Shown piece after piece: positions 35,801 to 43,055 of a stretch of DNA of 64,000 bases (position 1 is its first letter; every line of letters starts with the position of its first letter). The notes under the pieces were generated by a model, which was not told where the DNA came from, did no database searches, and saw only the letters and a program-made list of their open reading frames with translations. Position numbers and translations under genes: made by a program. Source of the DNA: Acutalibacteraceae bacterium (GTDB taxonomy: Bacteria; Bacillota; Clostridia; Oscillospirales; Acutalibacteraceae); contig JAZSEU010000030.1 of assembly GCA_045531855.1 (NCBI GenBank), positions 1,412-65,411 of the forward strand. The letters are read 5' to 3'.

Positions 35801-37690
35801 TATGGAGATAAGTCGCCAACGGTGAAGCTTAATCCGTTACTTGCGGAGCAGTTAGCAAAAACAAAAACCACCCGAGAAATTGAAATGGTTTACGGTGAGG
35901 TATTAAGTGATATTGCTTCTCAAGTCCCTGCGACTTGGCTTGATAAATTAAATGCTTGGCGGTATTTCGCTATGTTATCCAATCCGAGAACCCATATAAG
36001 AAACCTTGTTAGCAATACGGTGTTTACACCGAGCATTATGTTGAAAAGATTTATCGCTACAGGTGCGGAACATATACTTATTAAAGATGCTGATAAAAGA
36101 ACAAAAGCGGTTTTCATCAAAAAAGAGTATATGGATTTTGCTAAAAAGGATATTAAAAATCGTGAAGTTAAGAATATGCTTCAAGGAAAAGGACAACTGG
36201 ATGATAAAGCCATCATAGAAGAGCTAAGGAAAACTTTTGAAACCAAATGGCTTGAATCACTTACAAAGGGCAATGGCAATCTTTTGGAAGCTGAAGATAT
36301 GTGGTTTAAATCACATCATTATAAAGTTGCCTTTGCAAGTTTTTTACAGGCCCGAAAAGTAAATTTGAAAAGTGTTAGCGAAACCACTTTACAGGAAGCT
36401 AGAGAATATGCAGTTAATGAAGCGAAGAAATCTACTTTCCAAGATTTCAGTAAACTTGCGAATTGGCTCAACAATATAAAAAATCCTGTTGGTAGAATTG
36501 CTGTCGAGGGTGTGCTACCCTTTAAGAGAACCCCGATTAACATTATTAAGCGTGGGGTTGAATATAGTCCTATAGGACTTATGGAAAAACTCACTGTGGG
36601 ATTATTGGATGTTCGGAAAGGAAAGATTACTGTTTCGGAATTTTGCGATGGTTTAGCTGCAGGTATTGCAGGTACGGGCTTGATGGCTATTGGTTGGGTT
36701 TCGGCATCTGCAGGTATGGTTGTTGGCAGTTCCGGAGATGATGAAGAAGATAAGTTTAAGCGACTTAACGGCGAACAAGAGTATGCTGTTCAAATTTTTG
36801 ATAAATCATATACTGTTGACTGGGCTGCACCGGCTGCGATACCCTTTTTCATAGGGGTGGAGCTTGCGGGCGAAATTGATGAGAATGATGGTTTTGAATT
36901 TAAAGATTTAACAGATAGCTTTTGGAATGCCTTGGAGCCTATTACAAATCTTTCTATGCTTTCCGGAGTGCAGGGACTGATAGAGGCTGTAAAATATGAG
37001 GATAGCAGTAAGACAATAGGAACGATGATAGGCGATGTTGCTACTAATTTTGCGATGCAATTGATTCCTTCTTCATTTGGTGCAATCGCAAGAACGATTG
37101 ATGAAACCCAACGAACTTGGTATACTGACAAGAACTCATCCTTAGACTCATTCTCACAATCGATAATAAATAATGTAAAATCTAAGGTTCCTGGTTTGTC
37201 ATATACACAAATACCAAAAATCGATGCATGGGGTAGAGAAGCAAGTCGAGGCTCGGTTGGAGAAAGGATAGCGGAAAACTTTATTTCTCCCGGATACTAT
37301 TCGCAAATTGATGTTTCGGATGCTGAAGAAGAACTTAAGAAAATTTATAGGAGCACTGGAGAAAATGTTTTTCCAAAAACAGCTGCAAAATATTTCCAAG
37401 TCAACGGTGAAACCAAGCATTTAACTGCAGATGAATATGTTGAATATGCAAAGGCGAAAGGTGAGTACTCTTTTGATTATATCGAGGAGTTTGTTAACAG
37501 TAGTACTTTCACTAAACTCACCGACAATGAGAAAGCGGAGGTTATTAAAAACCTTTATGAATATGCCAATGCAAAAGCAAAGGCTAAAGTTTCTGATTAT
37601 GATATTATGAAGCAGTATAAAACTGTAACTAATTGGGAACGAGACGGAAAATCGGCAGTTATTTACTACATATCCAAAGCTATAAACTAA
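29819..37690 (+). CDS. Giant (2623-aa) multidomain virion/ejection protein, polyvalent-protein-like, with two zincin HExxH motifs and hydrophobic Gly-rich segments
   Basis: Uninterrupted 7.9-kb ORF. GTG start overlaps the previous TAG. HELTH at 32669-32683 and HEMQH at 33644-33658. Predicted membrane-like segments near both ends. Confidence 0.85.
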   Translation: MNVIDFDIKKIGSKSGENTQKTVDFDISQVGGKGDVDPITVLKNLASPSSSSQSPLRKYSSIDWENNPLNKIDKAKSTIPSVYYDESYVETKKNNAEIAKLKADMEAAKYNFQHAKNDYGLVQQGMEYLRNFDVVDTYSGEKYSAYKTWQEAAEKYYTTKYGNKEAQQILLNQLQATKKEVPENKKETVDTTIKELQNSLYGDYVIDDFVSNSIMAGVSGYDAGFSKSLDATLGKALNWLGWKNNPINKLNSWISSGNEYYAENAANAAAAMGGGIYNYVNAFNQGIIGMLPDIVIAMASGKGLANTPTALKKIANIATNQASMGAIAKFGDNMTRAVSNTFSTAVKNPLYWTSMTRTFGNDYEEAKKGGASEGAAYLYATLTSSMNALVEIGGGVQVLPDKLKNLTKPQILELIISAVEEGNEEVIQSLISDINAKLIYDPNKEMTSAKDLAFEWAVGFGVGVAGGSGTVILDNIVNNRSEYAKVGEIVRKDSNNVEGVIEYASKSSNESIRDIATKNISNPSKISNTDLGVLYSYVMQDIDTAFNSATTIENLSEALTSLNTSNETVKNLAFSRYVKRAMELGEDIKNIEASKNEFIVPSNTAHASLTEAEQEILNTPDEQLTPVQRAIKQNIQERHSSVLRTGANNNGTNVKLETMKQQKNTAQDSDANTENIVDLSGDNNLSKLVENLHGAEKYKKIRDYIFGILGGRNIKLSDGKNAIVDKSDALHIANKSGSEKTSQISKIKELIEKARLYAEDNNVQHNKFNYFCYYIVDIKYGKEIIPIYINVGKGKNDGKYHIYDITKKIRDTAHRVNDVERPKPNEGYALENDISNNRLTQKPPIVNNIISNEGDNNSSTPSDIILPENIKEISIANKNKQRHHTTLKEQNYIIGIGKALGRTVVFENVVDKLRAEGIDLKGQIPDGYIDNNNVIHMNFTVIDPLTFIFKHELTHFGEGTEAYNKFVDAVRKSDAFKNWLIEKTGLNAEDNTVEVLIAAARQSVMDSRTGDAAVDVDAAMAEVIADFVGDCLFTDNGSGLESMLSNLNVKERNAVIQYILDFLSYIKKKLAGYKDIEFEISRLEDSFNRMLSEATQVKAAGDFTSEGNKYTFARSYDTEAISKAEDMESQGAKHPEIWEETGLMRDGGGTWVYEIDDSEMEFYPEGNAKKELDADYYEYLSLAKLKRRTPEKSKRFMELYSKYGNIFLKKYTVADFVKHDKLFKAYPQLKDIKIEFRDLGENGYGGYYSHSEKKIVINQHSLNSKDPNRIKKTLIHEMQHAVQYIDGREEGSNKEFWNARILNGERMPINYRTGRPYTSEETYDAYLDTAGEMEAREAAERFDYTEDERGYSFFAPDIDYNNSVRMSEFKKETVPTAMSEGYIEAVNSKDVNTAQRLVDQAAKKSGYTERLYHQTGKEFTEFNTNNQIAGKYDWELPTGTFLKPSNNDIGLSGKKQLELYAKFENALVFKNRSEARKFWVDNIPEYKKIAQELTNIDSQYRRKTDEAMDNVRQYLKQWKQKNPTTDSREIYSDSEYQRLNDLEDKIVDEWEEKSNEASLRAKELLDDFISNSDFDGVVVENDEGSYGRSTKTYIVFDSSQLKDASPITYDDNGNVIPLSARFDSDKKDIRYSIPRGTTHTGEDLKDTPDTLKPKSNREWSAFNRSFANQTNGLKSGAKKSIIITTQSNVYFVFADGYMSGEIVKKINIDKLKKGQEFYDSLGRAETNHSKDEIIGNRQGNYSGSYVFGNQETDTNYDELDEFIDKHPEWFRNKRESYANYKRREIDKNKYSIPSEANSLLDRYENGEISREDYQQQLDELWKSANEEYGTIKQGENAKTPLAIPKAVEDGMPTKQFIRTVIETGKLTSEMIEDIEQEVLLGDTYFYKVVSDESAKNKAEKSFEKGIAEESWNKAISTKAISKEDIAIGEKLLLQAIEDNNRLGVIELSAELADAFTRSGQVVQAARMLKKMSGVGRLVAAQKNVNTINKSLQEKYGDKSPTVKLNPLLAEQLAKTKTTREIEMVYGEVLSDIASQVPATWLDKLNAWRYFAMLSNPRTHIRNLVSNTVFTPSIMLKRFIATGAEHILIKDADKRTKAVFIKKEYMDFAKKDIKNREVKNMLQGKGQLDDKAIIEELRKTFETKWLESLTKGNGNLLEAEDMWFKSHHYKVAFASFLQARKVNLKSVSETTLQEAREYAVNEAKKSTFQDFSKLANWLNNIKNPVGRIAVEGVLPFKRTPINIIKRGVEYSPIGLMEKLTVGLLDVRKGKITVSEFCDGLAAGIAGTGLMAIGWVSASAGMVVGSSGDDEEDKFKRLNGEQEYAVQIFDKSYTVDWAAPAAIPFFIGVELAGEIDENDGFEFKDLTDSFWNALEPITNLSMLSGVQGLIEAVKYEDSSKTIGTMIGDVATNFAMQLIPSSFGAIARTIDETQRTWYTDKNSSLDSFSQSIINNVKSKVPGLSYTQIPKIDAWGREASRGSVGERIAENFISPGYYSQIDVSDAEEELKKIYRSTGENVFPKTAAKYFQVNGETKHLTADEYVEYAKAKGEYSFDYIEEFVNSSTFTKLTDNEKAEVIKNLYEYANAKAKAKVSDYDIMKQYKTVTNWERDGKSAVIYYISKAIN

Positions 37691-37724
37691 AAAAGACCGC
37701 CCTTCAAAAGAGGGGCGGTTTTTA
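37690..37724. terminator. Bidirectional rho-independent terminator
   Basis: ccgcccttc pairs with gaggggcgg, flanked by an A-run and a T-run, between convergent genes. Confidence 0.8.
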
Positions 37725-37728
37725 AAAT

Positions 37729-37995
37729 CTAATCTTGTATTGGTTCAGCTTCAAAGAGCCTGCCACACATTTCTTCAAAGCTAATCAATTCTTCCTCTGG
37801 AGTTTTTAAAGCTATTGAAAAATTTGATAATTTTGAATATGGGGCATACATTATGCCTCGTTCGATTTTGCTTATTGTTGAACCACTTTTATAACCGACT
37901 TTTTGAGCAAGTTCTTGTTGAGACATACCTAGTTCTATTCGCCGACGTTTAATAGCTTCACGGAATAATTCTATATTTTTATGTATTATTATCAT
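37729..37995 (-). CDS. XRE-family HTH protein encoded antisense within the late region
   Basis: 88 aa with LGMSQQELAQKVGYKSGSTISKIERG. Confidence 0.75.
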   Translation of the reverse strand: MIIIHKNIELFREAIKRRRIELGMSQQELAQKVGYKSGSTISKIERGIMYAPYSKLSNFSIALKTPEEELISFEEMCGRLFEAEPIQD

Positions 37996-38014
37996 ATCAC
38001 ACCATCCTATTTAT

Positions 38015-38043
38015 ATCGTAAAATAAATTTAACCTAATGTCAA
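38015..38043 (-). promoter_or_regulatory. Candidate sigma-A promoter of the antisense XRE gene
   Basis: On the minus strand: TTGACA (38043-38038), 17 nt, TACGAT (38020-38015). Confidence 0.4.
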
Positions 38044-38093
38044 TAAGAATTTGGTGATATTAACACTTGTTTTTAAATGAGCAGGTGTTTTAT

Positions 38094-38127
38094 TTTGTCC
38101 GTTTTTGAATATTATCTCAATTAAAAT
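38094..38127 (+). promoter_or_regulatory. Late promoter candidate C
   Basis: TTTGTCCGTTT (38094-38104), 17 nt, TAAAAT (38122-38127). Upstream of the fibre genes. Confidence 0.5.
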
Positions 38128-38160
38128 AGAATTGTAAATAAATCAAAACGGAGGTTTGAA

Positions 38161-39348
38161 ATGGCTGTAAGAGAGTTTACATATACGGTTGGAAAAAATG
38201 ACATTGCCGCCGCTAACATACCTCAAGCGGGAGTACAGGGTGAGCATAATGCGACAAAGGTTATTTTTAAAATTGCTGAGGATTTAAAAACAGAGCTTTC
38301 AAGTTTATCGGGGGATGGCAAGACATTTTGTTATCACTTTGACAGATATGATGGAACAGGAGGAAAGAACTCAACAGAGCCTATAAGGTTTAATCCTGAT
38401 ATAGATACGGAGTTTTCTCATTTGATAGAGCAATGGCAGACAAGATACGGTGGAGCTATACAGGTATTTTTTGTTATAACGCTTATTGAAAATGATAAAA
38501 CCGAATTGGAGCTCTATTCATACTGCGTTAAAATGCAGCTTAAATCTTTGCCTGAAGCAGCAGAAGTTGATGAGGAAAACTATGATACCATAGTTACTCT
38601 TGCTATGGTTGCTAAAAAGCATTCTGAGATAGCGACAAATGCTGCTATAGATGCGACAAATGCTGCACAAAGAACAGAACTTGCAAAAGCTGAACTTCAA
38701 GGCGGTTCGGAATGGGTATTCGATGGTGGAAGTGCCTCAGATGCTATAGGAATAGATTTTGTTGTTGATTCGGAGGTTATAAATGATAGTGATAACCCTG
38801 TAAAGAGCAAGGCAATAAAAGCCTATGTTGACGAGAAAACAAATGCTTTGGCAGCAGAAAATGAAGAACAGGAAAAAGTAATAAATGAAAATGCAACGGT
38901 ACTCGGTAAGATGGTCGATTATATTGTTGAACAGGATACCGTTGGAAATTGGACATATCGGAAATGGAATAGCGGAGTAGCTGAATGCTGGTGTGTTATA
39001 CCTACCACAATAAATGAGCTTGTGAGGGGTGATGACTATCATTTCTTTCAAGCAATATCCGACTATAAATTTCCAGAGGTCAATGGACAACCTTTGTTTA
39101 TAGCTGTCCCTAAACTTGATGTTGATATAGGAAATGCACCGACAACGGGTCTTGGCCAAGGAATTCTTTATTCATTACGAGGATATCAAACTATAACGAA
39201 CACAGGAACTTTATATGTTGCAGGAACATCAAAATATATTGATGGTTTCGAATTATCCTATACAAGAGAAGATGGTTTGAAGGTATATAAATTAGAAAAA
39301 GGAATGAAAGTAATTATAAGTATTGCCGCAAAGGGTATTTGGAAATAA
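38161..39348 (+). CDS. Tail fibre/receptor-binding module protein candidate
   Basis: 395 aa, precedes the collagen-like fibre gene. The N-terminus loosely resembles BppU-type N-domains. Confidence 0.45.
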   Translation: MAVREFTYTVGKNDIAAANIPQAGVQGEHNATKVIFKIAEDLKTELSSLSGDGKTFCYHFDRYDGTGGKNSTEPIRFNPDIDTEFSHLIEQWQTRYGGAIQVFFVITLIENDKTELELYSYCVKMQLKSLPEAAEVDEENYDTIVTLAMVAKKHSEIATNAAIDATNAAQRTELAKAELQGGSEWVFDGGSASDAIGIDFVVDSEVINDSDNPVKSKAIKAYVDEKTNALAAENEEQEKVINENATVLGKMVDYIVEQDTVGNWTYRKWNSGVAECWCVIPTTINELVRGDDYHFFQAISDYKFPEVNGQPLFIAVPKLDVDIGNAPTTGLGQGILYSLRGYQTITNTGTLYVAGTSKYIDGFELSYTREDGLKVYKLEKGMKVIISIAAKGIWK

Positions 39349-39360
39349 GGAGGGAGAATA

Positions 39361-40665
39361 ATGGGAAACGGAGCGACAAGAATAATTGCAAAAGCAAGGT
39401 TTAAATATAGAAGTGATACAAAAGAAAATTGGGAAAAGGAAAACCCTGTTTTGCTCTCGGGGGAAATCGGTGTTGTTACCGATGGAACCGAAACTGAAAA
39501 GGTTAAATGGGGAGACGGTGTAACTCCTTGGAATAGTCTTGGTTGGTGGAAAGGAGAAAAGGGTGAAACTGGAGAGACAGGTCCACAAGGCGAAAAAGGT
39601 GATAAAGGGGACCAAGGAATACAAGGCATTCAAGGACCAAAAGGAGATAAGGGAGATAAGGGCGATACCGGAGCAGCAGGAGTTGACGGCAAGGACGGTA
39701 TTAACGGAACAAACGGCACTGATGGTGTGAGTATTACAAAAACCGAAATTAACTCAAATGGAGAGCTTATAATTACCCTTTCGGATAACACTGTATCCAA
39801 TCTCGGTGTTGTAGTTGGAGAAAAGGGAGAACAAGGTATTCAGGGTGTACCGGGGGAGCCTGGAAAGGACGCAGTTGTTGAAAATACATACAACCCTGAA
39901 AGTGAAAACGCACAAAGCGGAAAAGCGGTAGCAGAAGCAATAGAATTACAAAATGTAAATTTCAACAACAACTTTGCAAATGCAATTAAATCATCTAAAA
40001 AAGGCGAGATAATTACAGTAGATGATGTTTCACCTTTAGAACACGATTTAAAAATTAAACTAACAAGTGATACTATTACTGATTTTTCTACGGTCAAAGT
40101 TAGTAGATATGGGAAAAATTTATGTCCTATTACTGAAAGAGGTGCGGATTATTCTCAACCTATTATAGATATCACAGATGTTTGCCCGAAAGGTGTGCCA
40201 GTAACGGTTCGGGGCTACATTGTGCGAAGTGTAGAAACGGAACCGGCACGATTAAGAATAGATTATGTTGTTGATGGCAAAGTAAATTATTTCTTTTCGA
40301 ACGTTTGGTCTACAGGCAGCGGATATAGTTGGCTAACATTTACCGTGCCGACAAATGCAACTTCGGTCAAAATTACTGTTCAATACTTAAGTACAACTAC
40401 CGGCACTATTTCGTGTAGTAAAATGCAACTCGAAATTGGAGAAACATATACGGAATATGAACCTTATACAGAACCGCAATTTGCAATTGCAAACGCAGAT
40501 GGAATAGTTGAAGGGTTAAAAAGTGTTTCACCAAATATGACTTTAATTCCTGATACGGATAACGTTGTTATTGAGGTTGAATATATAGCAGATACCAAGC
40601 TTTATATTGACAATAAATTCAAAGAACTTAAATCAGAGCTTCAAGCTTTAATTTTGGAGGGTTAA
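39361..40665 (+). CDS. Collagen-like repeat tail fibre protein
   Basis: 434 aa with a long G-X-Y tract (GEKGETGETGPQGEKGDKGDQGIQG...) and a second short tract, followed by a globular C-terminal domain. Confidence 0.75.
   Translation: MGNGATRIIAKARFKYRSDTKENWEKENPVLLSGEIGVVTDGTETEKVKWGDGVTPWNSLGWWKGEKGETGETGPQGEKGDKGDQGIQGIQGPKGDKGDKGDTGAAGVDGKDGINGTNGTDGVSITKTEINSNGELIITLSDNTVSNLGVVVGEKGEQGIQGVPGEPGKDAVVENTYNPESENAQSGKAVAEAIELQNVNFNNNFANAIKSSKKGEIITVDDVSPLEHDLKIKLTSDTITDFSTVKVSRYGKNLCPITERGADYSQPIIDITDVCPKGVPVTVRGYIVRSVETEPARLRIDYVVDGKVNYFFSNVWSTGSGYSWLTFTVPTNATSVKITVQYLSTTTGTISCSKMQLEIGETYTEYEPYTEPQFAIANADGIVEGLKSVSPNMTLIPDTDNVVIEVEYIADTKLYIDNKFKELKSELQALILEG
39553..39726 (+). repeat. Collagen-like G-X-Y triplet repeat region (coding)
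   Basis: 58 consecutive residues follow G-X-Y periodicity. This also generates spurious antisense ORFs. Confidence 0.85.
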
Positions 40666-40667
40666 AA

Positions 40668-40856
40668 ATGAGTAAAAGAGAACAAAGAGTTATTAAGGCA
40701 TTCATCAACTGCGTAAGGTCAGGCGAATATTCTTTCGATTACGCAACCACCTTAATAGAAAATACAGAGCGTTACGGCTATTTAACGGATGAGGCAAAGG
40801 AAACCTTTTATGCTGAGTTTGAGGTTGCAACGGAAGTTGTTGAAGCGGAGGTGTAA
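40668..40856 (+). CDS. Hypothetical small protein
   Basis: 62-aa ORF coupled to the fibre gene. Confidence 0.45.
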   Translation: MSKREQRVIKAFINCVRSGEYSFDYATTLIENTERYGYLTDEAKETFYAEFEVATEVVEAEV

Positions 40857-40859
40857 CCG

Positions 40860-41138
40860 ATGGATATAGCATCAGCTTTAATAAGTGCTGGAAGTTCGGT
40901 TTTAGTTGGAGTGTTAGCTCTTTTGGGTGTTATTATCACCAATAATCGCTCAAACAATAAAATGCAGAATGAATCGAAAACAACTCAAGCTGTAACGAAT
41001 GAGCGAATTGATGAGTTAACCCGAGAAGTGCGAGCTCATAACGATTTTGCAAGCCGAATACCTGTGCTCGAGGAAAAAATCAAAGTAGTTAACCGAAGAA
41101 TTTCAGACCTTGAACAATTCCATAAACCAAATAATTAA
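40860..41138 (+). CDS. N-terminally membrane-anchored coiled-coil protein of the lysis module
   Basis: 92 aa. TM segment ALISAGSSVLVGVLALLGVIIT followed by a helical region. Confidence 0.45.
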   Translation: MDIASALISAGSSVLVGVLALLGVIITNNRSNNKMQNESKTTQAVTNERIDELTREVRAHNDFASRIPVLEEKIKVVNRRISDLEQFHKPNN

Positions 41139-41158
41139 AGAAAGATGAGGAAGTTAAT

Positions 41159-41950
41159 ATGTCAGTAAAAACATATTCTTTAAAAACAGACGGCAACAAA
41201 TATTGTTCCGTACATACACAAGTAAAAGAGATGAGAAGTAAATGCGGTGCAGATAAAATCTTAATTGATACCGCATTAATGGAAATGGTAGAGAAACTCT
41301 TTACAAAATTAAGATGTTCAAAATATATCATTTCAAGCGGTTATCGCACCGCTTCGCACGATAAAGCCGTTGGCGGTAGCGGAAAAGGTCAGCATACAAC
41401 AGGCAGAGCCGTAGATGCGTGTTTCTATTGGAAAGACGGTTCTATCATCCCTGCTCAAATCGTTTGTTGTGTAGCACAGGATTTAGGCTTTAAGGGAATT
41501 GCTAATATCTCTAAGAATTATCGTTATGTTCATTTAGATATGAGAGCAAGCGGTACATATTACGGTGATGAGGTTAAAAGTTATAACACCGTTACAACTG
41601 ATTTCCGCAAATACTTCGGTGTTAGCGATGCCGATATTGCAAAATATACAGGCGAGAAACCCAAAAAGTCGGTTTCCGAAATCGCAAAAGAGGTTCTTGA
41701 GGGCAAGTGGGGAAACGGAGCGGACCGCAAGAAAAAGCTCACAGCGGCGGGCTATGATTACAACAAGGTACAAGCAGAGGTAAATAATCTTGTCAATGGC
41801 AAATCCTCACCGAAAAAGAAGTCTAACGAAGAAATTGCAAAGGAAGTTATTGCAGGCAAATGGGGCAATGGAGCAGACCGTAAGAAAAGATTAACCGCTG
41901 CAGGATATAATTACTCTACAATTCAGAAGATTGTTAATAAACTTACATAA
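41159..41950 (+). CDS. Endolysin: peptidase M15 (D-Ala-D-Ala carboxypeptidase-like) domain plus two CW_7-type cell-wall-binding repeats
   Basis: SGYRT..H..GRAVD...VHLD zinc-site pattern. Tandem repeats EIAKEVLEGKWGNGADRKKKLTAAGYDYNKVQAEVN and EIAKEVIAGKWGNGADRKKRLTAAGYNYSTIQKIVN. Confidence 0.85.
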   Translation: MSVKTYSLKTDGNKYCSVHTQVKEMRSKCGADKILIDTALMEMVEKLFTKLRCSKYIISSGYRTASHDKAVGGSGKGQHTTGRAVDACFYWKDGSIIPAQIVCCVAQDLGFKGIANISKNYRYVHLDMRASGTYYGDEVKSYNTVTTDFRKYFGVSDADIAKYTGEKPKKSVSEIAKEVLEGKWGNGADRKKKLTAAGYDYNKVQAEVNNLVNGKSSPKKKSNEEIAKEVIAGKWGNGADRKKRLTAAGYNYSTIQKIVNKLT

Positions 41951-41961
41951 GGAGAATTATT

Positions 41962-42162
41962 ATGAAAGAAAAAGTTATAAAATGGTTAAAGGCCGCAGGT
42001 ATAAGAGCAATTAAAACGGTTGCCGAAACTGCAGTAGCAACTATCGGTACTTCCGCAGTGCTTGCTCAGGTAGACTGGAAGATAGTTGTATCAGCTTCAA
42101 TTCTTTCAGGAATACTTTCCCTATTGATTTCAATTAAAGGCTTGCCTGAGATAAAAGAATAA
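41962..42162 (+). CDS. Holin candidate
   Basis: 66 aa with two hydrophobic segments, adjacent to the endolysin gene. Confidence 0.6.
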   Translation: MKEKVIKWLKAAGIRAIKTVAETAVATIGTSAVLAQVDWKIVVSASILSGILSLLISIKGLPEIKE

Positions 42163-42174
42163 GATATAAGAAAA

Positions 42175-42209
42175 ACCGCCTCGTTCAAAAAAGAATGAGG
42201 CGGTTATTT
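42175..42209. terminator. Bidirectional rho-independent terminator
   Basis: aaccgcctcgttc pairs with gaatgaggcggtt, between the holin gene and the convergent membrane-protein gene. Confidence 0.8.
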
Positions 42210-42879
42210 AATTTGATTCGGTTTTTATTGAGTTTGTAATATAAAAGACGGTTCCGATTAAGGTGGCAATTACTTCAACGAAGGGTAATATTAGTTTAGA
42301 GGGTTTGCTCGGGTTTGTTTCTAAAACCTTTTCGTTATAAGTTTTGTAAGGTGTGATTTTAATTTTCCATTCTCTATCTCTTTGGTCTGAAAATGTTTCT
42401 GCAGTATCATAATCTGTGTAGCAATCTTCGAAATATAAGTAACCGCCGTTTTTAAAATAAACATTGTTGATATAATAAATGGTTTTTGTTTTTGTTTTGC
42501 CTTCCTCGTATTCGTAAGTATCAGAAATTTTTTCAATTTTTGCAGGTAGTGTATAGGTTTTGCCTTTTTCATTTGTTGCTTTAACATAATAACAATATGT
42601 ACCTTCGGGCATTACGCGTATATCATTGCATCCGAGAGAGATAACTAATTGATTACTCGAAAAAAGTATTAAAAAACATATGAATAAACCTATAATAGAA
42701 GATAAAAAGGCTTTATTTTTTAGGTTTTTAATGTTTCCGTAAAATAAATCTAAAGCAGGTGTATTAGATTGCTTTTTTATTGAGCTTATAACTTCTATTG
42801 CCGCAAATAGTGCATAAAAAAACGATATTATAAGGAACGGCCAAGCTGAACAAAAACGATATATTGAATATAAATCCAT
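42208..42879 (-). CDS. Membrane protein of unknown function (moron at the att-proximal prophage end)
   Basis: 223 aa. Hydrophobic segments at the N-terminus, around residues 55-80 and at the C-terminus. Opposite strand to the late genes. Confidence 0.6.
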   Translation of the reverse strand: MDLYSIYRFCSAWPFLIISFFYALFAAIEVISSIKKQSNTPALDLFYGNIKNLKNKAFLSSIIGLFICFLILFSSNQLVISLGCNDIRVMPEGTYCYYVKATNEKGKTYTLPAKIEKISDTYEYEEGKTKTKTIYYINNVYFKNGGYLYFEDCYTDYDTAETFSDQRDREWKIKITPYKTYNEKVLETNPSKPSKLILPFVEVIATLIGTVFYITNSIKTESN

Positions 42880-42970
42880 ATTAGAACCTCCTCAACGACT
42901 AAAGTATAATCATCGCTTATATTATTGTCTATGCAATAAAAAATGCAAGCTGAAAAATAAAAAAATCAAT

Positions 42971-42995
42971 AAAATTCGTGCATAATTCGTGTAAT
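42971..42995. repeat. Candidate integrase arm-type binding site (right arm)
   Basis: aaaattcgtgcataattcgtgtaat, 24 of 25 identical to 7349-7373. Confidence 0.6.
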
Positions 42996-43036
42996 AAAAA
43001 AAGAAAACCGCTTAAAATAAGGGGTTTTCTTTCGTC

Positions 43037-43055
43037 TGGCGGAGAGAGGGGGATT
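43037..43055. repeat. attR core (3' end of the intact tRNA-Ser)
   Basis: Identical to 7221-7239. Confidence 0.85.

Larger units (their letters stand above)
7221..43055. mobile_element. Integrated temperate prophage (about 35.8 kb, podovirus-like virion module) in tRNA-Ser(GGA)
   Basis: 19-bp direct repeats at both ends, with the right copy forming the 3' end of an intact tRNA. Integrase sits at the left end. Complete lysogeny, replication, packaging, virion and lysis modules lie between the repeats. Confidence 0.9.

Noticed and set aside
30051-37420. Many short antisense or off-frame ORFs inside the 2623-aa gene
   Set aside because: All are nested in one uninterrupted 7.9-kb frame, with no RBSs and low-complexity translations.
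39258-39633. Two minus-strand ORFs (123 and 113 aa) rich in Pro/Ser/Phe
   Set aside because: They are the antisense reading of the G-X-Y collagen-like repeat of the fibre gene, a typical repeat artefact.
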